Origin: Octopus sinensis | Taxonomy: Eukaryota | Direction: 5' to 3' | Length of the DNA: 6,809 bases | Assembly (NCBI RefSeq): GCF_006345805.1 | Contig: NW_021828924.1 | Location: forward strand, 1-6,809 | In this document: one piece after another, positions 1 to 6,550 of the stretch | Layout: each line of letters starts with the position of its first letter | How positions within the stretch are numbered: position 1 is the first letter of the stretch | Made by a program: the position numbers and the translations under genes | Notes under the pieces: model-generated | Databases searched by the model: none | The model's input: only the letters and a program-made list of their open reading frames with translations | Told to the model about the DNA's origin: nothing

Positions 1-539
1 ATCGAGCAGGCAAGGCAGTCTTGTGACAAAAAAAGGATGTCTGCTGGGCAAGGCTGAAAGGCATGAGGACCGATACATTCCTCTCTGGTAGAACTCTCAT
101 TGACTTCTTCAAGTTTCACTTGAAATGGAAATTGAGAGTGGAGGGCGAAGTGCCGTCCTTGAGTGAGTTTACTGAAAGGTGAGTGAAAGTTGCGAAAATG
201 GCAAGAGTGGATGGTACCTCTCTAAGTGTAGACCTGTGAGTCGAAGAGAAGGAATTGGAGAGGACATTTGCTCCTAGGGTTCCAGGGCAATCTCGGACAG
301 TGGGGTTCCTCAATTACCCCTAGAGGTCCTCTTATATCAGGAGGGTTACATCTCTATCATCCTCCTCCCAACCACCTTTTCTTTAAACCTTTGTACACCA
401 TTTATATGGCTCTTCCTTTCCATTGTAGACTCGGTATACTTAACCTTTTTTCTCTATCATTTCATTCTATGTAAACCCCCACACTTTGTGTTTGCTTTTG
501 TATTGCTCCCCCTCATCCTTCGCCCTGGTGGCAAATAAA
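1..539 (+). mobile_element. 3' end of an L1/Tx1-clade non-LTR retrotransposon (ORF2 C-terminus, pyrimidine-rich 3' UTR, AATAAA)
   Basis: Frame 3 reads RAGKAVL*QKKDVCWARLKGMRTDTFLSGRTLIDFFKFHLKWKLRVEGEVPSLSEFTER*VKVAKMARVDGTSLSVDL*. This resembles the post-zinc-knuckle C-terminal segment of L1/Tx1 ORF2 (K..(I/V)W..R ... LI.FFK..LK ... F..RW). It is followed by a pyrimidine-rich UTR, AATAAA at 534-539 and a microsatellite. Family call is by motif recognition, not by search. Confidence 0.7.
3..239 (+). pseudogene. Disrupted LINE ORF2 C-terminal fragment
   Basis: In-frame TGA at 24-26 and 180-182 (the latter where the conserved RW Trp is expected). Terminal TGA at 237-239. Absent from the ORF track because of the stops. 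Confidence 0.65.
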
Positions 540-544
540 TGAAA

Positions 545-613
545 TCATTATTATCATTGTCGTCGTCGTTGTTGTTGTTGTTGTTGTTGTTGTTGTTGCT
601 GCTGCTGCTGCTG
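545..613. repeat. Compound trinucleotide microsatellite (ATC/ATT)-(GTC)-(GTT)-(GCT)
   Basis: Read directly: atcattattatcatt gtcgtcgtc gtt...gtt gctgctgctgctg, with triplet phase kept throughout. Confidence 0.95.
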
Positions 614-814
614 GTCTATTGACAAGAAACAGAAAAAAAGAGAAACTTCGCTGGCAGCAGCTCAAGAATAGGCCGTGTAGACCACATGTGAACCTGCCGG
701 CGATGGTTTCTGAACAGTCAACGTCGACCTACGACGGCCTACAACGGATTATATGCTTTTAATGCATCGTTATTTTAATCTAATGTTGTTTCAAAGCGTG
801 TATATTGGTATTAG

Positions 815-1276
815 CTTAAGCCTGGCAAGTCTTGGGGAGATCGGAGGGCAACGACGCGATGTCGCAGACGAGGTGATAGTGGTTGTAGCAATATATGTCT
901 TCGGCAACAAATCAAGCAATCAGCAAATTGGGCTGATCAATGGTTCTTCCATCCACTGCCCAGCCTGAATCTAACGCCTTGCGACTTCTACCTGCAGCAA
1001 TGAAGGGCAGTCTTTTGTGAAGACGATTTATCAACAAAGGTGAGGTGAAGGTAACTCTAAAAAACTGGGTACAACAATGGTTATACCGGTATTTTTTTCA
1101 AAGAGGATTCGTAAGATGGGGTCAATGGTTACACAAAGACATTGCTTGCGATTGAAACTATGTTGTGTGGTGGCGTTGTATAGAGGAAGATCCGTTTACC
1201 CAACATGTGCATTTTGAGCGATCTGTGTCCTTCTGTTAATGAGGGTTATACGCAATTTTGAATCAGTTCTAGTATA
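815..1276 (+). mobile_element. Highly decayed mariner (DD34D-type) transposon 3' portion with candidate right TIR
   Basis: Frames join as MSSATNQAISKLG*SMVL / HPLPSLNLTPCDFYLQQ*RAVFCERRFINKGEVKVTLKNWVQQWLYRYFFQRG...IACD*NYV (about 895-1165). This matches the mariner pattern KLGWEVLPHPPYSPDLAPSDF...GRRF...EVK...W...FF.RG...GDYV. TTTTGAATCAGTTCTAGTA at 1256-1274 followed by TA resembles a mariner TIR end. The 5' limit is approximate. Confidence 0.7.
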
Positions 1277-1315
1277 ATCCTCGTGGTGGCCACGATAGCA
1301 GTGAGTCGGGAAGCA

Positions 1316-1770
1316 GCAAAACAACCATAACAATAACAACAATATTAACATTAACAATAACAACAACAAGGGGTACAATTACAACTAATCAACAGTAATA
1401 ACAACATAAATAACGACGACGACGACGAACGTGATGATGATTGTGGTGGTGGTGGTGGTTGTGGTGGTTGTGGTGGTGGTTGTGGTGGTGGTTGTGGTGG
1501 TTGTGGTGGTGGTTGTGGTGGTGGTGGTGGTGGTGGTTGTGGAGGTGGTGGTGGTGGAGGAGGAGGTGGAGGAGGAGGTGGAGGATGTGGATGTGATGGA
1601 TGTGGAGGTGGTGGGGGTAGTGGTTTCGCTGCTGCTGGTAGTTGTGGTGGTGGTGATGGTGGTGTGGTGGTGGTGGTGGTGGTGACGATACTGATAATAA
1701 TGACTATGATGATAGCGATAACGATGATAAGGATTGTGGTGGTGTTGGTGGTGGTGTTGGTGTTGGTGTA
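1316..1770. repeat. Long compound trinucleotide array (AAC/AAT)-(GAC)-(GAT)-(GGT/TGT)-(GGA)-(GGT)-(GAT/AAT)-(GGT/TGT)
   Basis: Direct reading. The core 1442-1684 is almost pure GGT/TGT/GGA, with TGT interruptions every 3-4 triplets in 1442-1520. It generates the poly-Val and poly-Pro/Thr ORFs in the track. Confidence 0.95.
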
Positions 1771-1951
1771 GGTGGAATCGGCGAGGACGGTTAGAGAAAG
1801 GTTGTTGATAGGCGAAATGAGGACCAGTTTTAAAAATGGCCCCCGGAGGGGAAAGAGAAAGAGAGAGTCAGACATAGAATAATCAGAGTAAATTGAATAA
1901 AAAATTAAATAAAGTTTAAAGTACAAAATAGCAAATTTTCCTTCCATTAGT

Positions 1952-1962
1952 GCCGCCATCTT
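1952..1962 (-). promoter_or_regulatory. YY1 consensus motif (AAGATGGCGGC), overlapping the ATG of the 1351..1959 ORF
   Basis: Plus strand GCCGCCATCTT at 1952-1962 matches the established YY1 consensus. There is no functional evidence. Confidence 0.25.
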
Positions 1963-2023
1963 GTGCTAGCCTTTTGTTTTATTTTGTTTAGGTTTTTGTG
2001 TAATTAATTCCACCTGGTTTAGA

Positions 2024-2237
2024 GTATGTGTGGGTTTGTATGTGTGTGTGAGTGTTTGTGAGAGAGATAGAGAGAGAGAGAGAAGGCGTGTGTGCGCGTG
2101 TAGCTTGTGTTCACGTATTTATAACCTTATGTACGTATGTATATATATGCGTATATATGCATGCGTTTGTATGTTTATATATATATATATATATACATAT
2201 ACGTATGGTGATGTTAGTCTGTGTATGGGTGTGTGTT

Positions 2238-2268
<31 letters not shown>

Positions 2269-2428
2269 ACATATTTGTGTGTGCATGTATATATGTGTGT
2301 GTGAATATTTGTGTGAGCGTTTGTGTTTTTGTATGTATGTATGGGATTGCAAATGCGTATTTAAGTGTGTTGCACGAGTGTGTGCATGCGTATATATGTG
2401 CATGTAACGTATGTGTGCATGTATGCGC
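2024..2428. repeat. Compound dinucleotide microsatellite (TG, AG, TA, TATG)
   Basis: Direct reading. Source of the C/V/Y/I-rich ORFs at 2030-2477. Confidence 0.95.
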
Positions 2429-2563
2429 GGGGTCGTTTCGTGATGTCAATGAGGTTGGTACGTGTGAGTATCAATGAGGCTTGCGAAAATAAATTTTCTC
2501 TATTTTGAAATCAGTTTGTTTTCCGTGGGGTAGATAAACATTATCGGCTAGCCCTGACATCGG

Positions 2564-2596
2564 CATGTGACCTATCCGTGACCTACATGTGATCTG
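2564..2596. repeat. Three degenerate 11-bp tandem units containing TGACCT-N5-TGACCT-N5-TGATCT
   Basis: Units are catgtgaccta / tccgtgaccta / catgtgatctg. TGACCT lies at 2568-2573 and 2579-2584, TGATCT at 2590-2595. Confidence 0.6.
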
Positions 2597-2626
2597 AATA
2601 TTCTGATGGTAAATACAAATCTAACC

Positions 2627-3163
2627 TATCACAAGTAATACATATGTATCGAGTACAAAGGATGGTGATGACAATTATGCTGTATCTTCTCTCAGAATTA
2701 ACATAGACACTGCTAGAATGAATACGGCCTCTTATGACAACAAGCTTAATTATATGTGTAACTGTAGGAACAATGATAACTGTCCTTTAGGCAACAAGTT
2801 TCTGGAGAAATAATTCAATATATTAGTCCTCAATTAAAACACCTGATAAAGTCCATTGTTATATATGCGATACTGCTGCTAAATTTAAAACCAGATAACA
2901 TGACTATGTTCACTGTTTTTAAAGCTAAAGAAAATAGCACATTTCTGGTTAAATTCATTTGGGACTTCAAGTGGGAAAATATAGTCAACTCAATTTCTTG
3001 TTCAATTATATAGGTGGTGCTCTTCCATAGAGGGAGGGCGGCATTAACAGTTATTTGTGCTCGGTAGAGGCGTTGTAAATCCTCAAATTGTAGATCTAAT
3101 TTAATTAATGAACTTAATGCGTTATTAATCGGTTTCTCACACTTATCTGACAAACCTACGTGA
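2627..3163 (+). mobile_element. Decayed Penelope-like retroelement: Cys-rich linker plus C-terminal GIY-YIG endonuclease
   Basis: Across frameshifts it reads MCNCRNNDNCPLGNKFLEK* / NSIY*SSIKTPDKVHCYICDTAAKFKTR*HDY / FKAKENSTFLVKFIWDFKWENIVNSISCSII*VVLFHREGGINSYLCSVEAL*ILK / NLINELNALLIGFSHLSDKPT*. This has the CxCx5CPL linker (from 2757), GIY- and YIG-like motifs (2818, 2860), FK.R, S..L.K.IW.LK and LC..E patterns of PLE endonucleases. It carries multiple TAA/TAG stops. Confidence 0.8.
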
Positions 3164-3213
3164 ACTACGATGAAAAAATATCAGAAAGATATGGTACATA
3201 ATTTTTTTTTGTA

Positions 3214-3281
3214 CAGGTGTTCCTTGAGACATGTAATTTATTTTAAGGGTTACACAAGGGCAAAAAGGTTGAGAGACACTG
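3214..3281. mobile_element. Lone terminus of a hAT (Charlie/Buster-like) non-autonomous element
   Basis: 3262-3281 reverse-complements to CAGTGTCTCTCAACCTTTTT, close to the CAGTGTTTCTCAACCTTTT hAT TIR type. The adjacent 8-mer ATATAAAG (3282-3289) has the central TA typical of Buster-group targets. I found no partner TIR in the window. Confidence 0.5.
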
Positions 3282-3333
3282 ATATAAAGTGAGGAAATGG
3301 GCTCACTAGCTATCGAAACAATCAGAACCGTTT

Positions 3334-3345
3334 ATAAAGTTATGT
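3334..3345. repeat. Target-site duplication ATAAAGTTATGT (left copy)
   Basis: Identical to 3733-3744. Confidence 0.9.
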
Positions 3346-3732
3346 GGGATGGAAGCACTCCGTCGATTACGACGATGAGGGTTCCGGTTGATCCGAATCA
3401 ACGGAACAGCCTGCTCGTGAAATTAACGTGTAAGTGGCTGAGCACTTCACAGACACGTGTACCCTTAACGTAGTTCTCGGGGATATTCAGCGTGACACAG
3501 AGAGTGACAAGGCCGGCCCTTTGAAATACAGGTACAACAGAAACAGGAAGTAAGAGTGAGAGAAAGTTGTGGTGAAAGAGTACAGCAGGGATCACCACCA
3601 TCTCCTGCCGGAGCCTCGTGGAACTTTAGGTGTTTTCGCTCAATAGACACTCACAACGCCCGGTCTGGGAATCGAAACCGCGATCCTATGACCGCGAGTC
3701 CGCTGCCCTAACCACTGGGCCATTGCGCCTCC
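3346..3732 (-). mobile_element. Full-length tRNA-derived SINE (Octopus OR/OK-like), 387 bp
   Basis: The minus strand begins GGAGGCGCAATGGCCCAGTGGTTAGGGCAGCGGACTCGCGGTCATAGGATCGCGGTTTCGATTCCCAGACCGGGCG, a tRNA-like head with A and B boxes. About 310 nt of non-tRNA body follows, and the element is flanked by a perfect 12-bp direct repeat. Confidence 0.9.
3667..3722 (-). promoter_or_regulatory. RNA polymerase III internal promoter of the SINE (A box 3712-3722, B box 3667-3679)
   Basis: A box TGGCCCAGTGG fits TGGCNNAGTGG. B box GGTTTCGATTCCC is close to GGTTCGANNCC. Spacing is tRNA-like. Confidence 0.8.
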
Positions 3733-3744
3733 ATAAAGTTATGT
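3733..3744. repeat. Target-site duplication ATAAAGTTATGT (right copy)
   Basis: Identical to 3334-3345 and directly abuts the SINE 5' end. Confidence 0.9.
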
Positions 3745-3948
3745 AACACCATAGTCTCCTTTCTTTCACGTGTTTATTATTATTATGCATTACGATCGGC
3801 TGGTGAATATCCTTGGGTTTATTCTTTTTTTTTTTTGTTGAACGCCTTAAAGATTAAACGAATACGAATTCCCTTGACAGTCTACCTGGGTTTTCGTTTG
3901 GAGTGCTGACCGAGGTATTCGCGTGGATTTCCTTAAATCCGACTCCCT

Positions 3949-4024
3949 CTCACTCACTCATTCACTCACACACTCGTTCCCGCACTCACTGTGTGTGTAT
4001 GTGTGTGTGTGTGTGTGTGTGTGT
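3949..4024. repeat. (CACT)n followed by (TG)n
   Basis: ctcactcactcattcactcac at 3949-3969; TG run at 3990-4024. Confidence 0.9.
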
Positions 4025-4127
4025 ACTCTTTTCGTAGAGAGTACAGTTCTTCCTCCCTACTTTCTTTCCTGGTAAGTGTCTGTAAGCACTGAGACAGGTT
4101 AGCTGAATTACTTAGGGAATTTAAAGA

Positions 4128-4203
4128 CGTGTGTGTACTTATGAACAAATGGATACATACATATATGTACATATTTATATATATATATATATATACATAT
4201 ATT

Positions 4204-4267
<64 letters not shown>

Positions 4268-4310
4268 ATATATATACATACATATATATACATATATATA
4301 TATATACATA
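4128..4310. repeat. (TA)n-dominated microsatellite
   Basis: Direct reading; pure TA run at about 4209-4254. Confidence 0.95.
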
Positions 4311-4380
4311 TAAATCCTTAAATCCTTAAGAATGTTTTAGCCCGAAGGCCGCGGCCATGCTGGGGCACCACCGCTGAATG
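4311..4380 (-). mobile_element. 3'-terminal stub of a SINE/LINE related to the 6551-6746 element
   Basis: Minus strand GGTGGTGCCCCAGCATGGCCGCGG matches GGCTGTGCTCCAACATGGCCGCAG of the 6551-6746 element at 19/24. It ends in an 8-bp tandem tail (AGGATTTA x2) that runs into the TA array. Confidence 0.7.
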
Positions 4381-4448
4381 ACCTACACTAATTTGTGAAT
4401 CCACCTCTGATACGTGGCACTTGATCAACAAGGGAGTTCGATGCTGCT

Positions 4449-4669
4449 GTATATATATGTGTGTGTGTATGTATTTATATGTATATATATGTATATATAT
4501 ATTATGCATGCATGTATATATATACACTACTTATATGTATTTATGTATATATATATAGATGTATGTATATGTATGTATTTATATGTACGTATGTATGTAT
4601 ACATATGTCTGTACATAGATATATATATGTATATATATGTATGTACATATATATATATATATATATACG

Positions 4670-4721
<52 letters not shown>

Positions 4722-4895
4722 TGTATGTATGTATGTATGAATCTATGTATATGTATGTATGTATGTATAGATAGATACACAGATAGCTACATACATCTAC
4801 ATATTTGTATGAAAAATTTGTATGTGTGCGTGTGTGCATGTGCGTGCATGTGTCAGCGTGTGTGCATGTGTGTGTGTGTATATATATGTGTGTGT

Positions 4896-4930
<35 letters not shown>
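4449..4930. repeat. Compound microsatellite (TA / TATG / TG)
   Basis: Direct reading; (TATG)n at about 4695-4738, TG-rich from 4822 to 4929. Confidence 0.95.
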
Positions 4931-5116
4931 ATACAGCACAGCCAAAATAGATTTGCATCATAAGGTGTGAATCAATTTGTGAAAAACCATGAAGATGGTC
5001 TTTTTTTAAAAAAGAAAAAGACAATAACACCATTCGAGACAAAATATTATTTATGGTAAATGTCAGTAAATCTGATTAAGAATTAATATCTCTTCAACTT
5101 TACCCTTTCAAAATCT

Positions 5117-5142
5117 ACATATATGTATATAGGGATATACAC

Positions 5143-5191
<49 letters not shown>

Positions 5192-5272
5192 CGTGTGCAC
5201 GCTCTCACATACACACACACGCACACACGCACACACACACAGATATACATATATTTATACATATATATATGC

Positions 5273-5319
<47 letters not shown>

Positions 5320-5320
5320 T
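5117..5320. repeat. Compound microsatellite (TA / CA / TA)
   Basis: Direct reading. Confidence 0.95.
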
Positions 5321-5369
5321 TAAATCTCTACTCCTGTGTCCCATATCTGTGCACATGTGTGTGTATAAA

Positions 5370-5448
5370 TCTCTCTCCTCCCTCGCTCTCTCTCTCTCTC
5401 TCACTCTCTCTCACTCTCTCTCTCTCACTCTCTCTCACTTTCTCTCTC

Positions 5449-5482
<34 letters not shown>
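5370..5482. repeat. (CT)n tract with a 10-bp higher-order unit TCTCTCTCAC
   Basis: Direct reading; CAC interruptions roughly every 8-12 nt between 5401 and 5438. Confidence 0.95.
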
Positions 5483-5485
<3 letters not shown>

Positions 5486-5649
5486 GCATGTACATATATA
5501 TATAATTCCATACAGAGTAATGTGTAGTTACAGCAATTCAAACATATGTTGATCATTGTTATGTATATACTGTAGAAAACTTTTTTAATAAAAGGTTTTG
5601 GATGTGAATAAATCTCCACTCTCCTTTTCTATATATATATATATATATA

Positions 5650-6550
5650 TAGGGTGGGGCAGAGACGACAGACGTTTTCAAAAATTTCACAAAATCATTC
5701 ATTTTTAGCTGCAAACAAGTTTTATTGACATCAATGTGTTCGTATTGAATTAGCATTTGTCAAAATCAAGTGTGGAAAACAAAATGTCCCCCATGTGGTG
5801 TCCGCTTTCATTGATGCATTTCTGAAGGATTTCTTGGAAGTTGGCCTCCACTCTCTCTAACATTGCTCTGACGATTTGAGCGACTTCCACGCGAATAGCT
5901 TTTTTCAAATCGACCAATGAACGGGGCTTATGCACAATCACACGTGCCTTGAGGTTTCCCCCACAAGAAGCAATCACACAGAGACAAATCAGGGGACCGA
6001 GGGGCGCCAAGGAATGTCAGCAAATCTGGAAATGAGACGGTCACCGAAGAGAGGGCGAAGAACGTCCATTGGTGCTCTGGCTGTGTAGGCCGTCGCCCCA
6101 TCCTGCTGAAACCACACAGGTCGACTAGGCATACGTTTTCGTCGTAATTCAGGCACAAAAAATTTGGTTATTATCTCGATGTAATGCTCGGGGTTCACAG
6201 TAACAGCATTTCCATGAATGTCTTCAAAACAGTAAGGATCAATGACAGCAGCTTTTCCCCCAGCACACCAGACCGTCACTTTTGGGCTCTGCAGTGGTCT
6301 TTCGTGCAGTTCTCTCGGATTTTCAAGAGCCCAATAACGACAGTTCCGTTGATTCACCATGGTATTGAGATGAAAATGAACTTCATCATTCATTAACAAA
6401 ATGAGTTTGTCGTTTGCCTCAAAAATTGCTTCCATCTGACGTGCGAAGTTAGGCAACTGTGCATAGTCCCATGGTTTCAATTGCTGCCCAATGTCTAACT
6501 TGTACAGGTGGAAATGCAGGTCTTCATACAAAACACACCTTACTGTTCGA
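5650..6550 (-). mobile_element. Tc1/mariner-superfamily DD41D (rosa family) DNA transposon, 5' part missing or interrupted
   Basis: Transposase remnant at 5766-6550; AATAAA on the minus strand at 5721-5726. Candidate TIR TAGGGTGGGGCAGAGACGACAGACGTTTT starts at 5650 and abuts a (TA)10 run at 5630-5649, consistent with a TA target. Confidence 0.85.
5766..6550 (-). pseudogene. Frameshifted DD41D transposase (catalytic domain and C-terminus)
   Basis: Motifs: DLHFH.YK, MNDEVHFHL (D1 6385-6387), NCRYW, SPKVTVWC, WFQQDGATAYTA (D2 6100-6102), RSPDLSLCDCFLWG (D3 5973-5975), LKARV...KP. D2 to D3 spans 124 nt, i.e. 41 codons plus 1 extra base. Single-base insertions occur near 6005 and 5957, and probably another near 5775. 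The probable original stop is TGA at 5766-5768. Confidence 0.9.

Noticed and set aside
116-474. ORFs 116..313 (-) and 268..474 (+)
   Set aside because: They are antisense to, or in the 3' UTR of, the LINE remnant.
1431-1685. Poly-Val/Glu ORF
   Set aside because: Direct translation of (GTG)n and (GAG)n.
1351-1959. 202-aa Pro/Thr-rich extensin- or formin-like ORF
   Set aside because: Its low-complexity part is the translation of a trinucleotide array that also gives poly-Val and Gly/Cys readings on the other strand. The unique part is AT-rich with no recognisable domain.
2030-2477. Overlapping C/V/Y/I/H/T-rich ORFs
   Set aside because: Dinucleotide repeats lack stops in most frames; these are artefacts.
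2600-2625. CTGATGG...CAAA as a second hammerhead core
   Set aside because: Two core mismatches and no supporting stems.
2811-3078. Selenocysteine recoding of stops as in some Naiad PLEs
   Set aside because: The internal stops are TAA or TAG and come with frameshifts; none is a TGA at a Cys position.
2830-3153. 107-aa minus-strand ORF
   Set aside because: It is antisense to the Penelope endonuclease remnant, which explains the region, and has no recognisable motif.
3398-3650. Two short ORFs (67 and 61 aa)
   Set aside because: They lie wholly within the SINE.
3657-3732. Functional tRNA gene
   Set aside because: Acceptor and anticodon stems do not pair properly, and the head continues into a 310-nt body bounded by a TSD, so it is a SINE head.
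4129-5552. Many YI, HT, CV and LS repeat ORFs
   Set aside because: Translations of TA, CA, TG, TATG and CT microsatellites.
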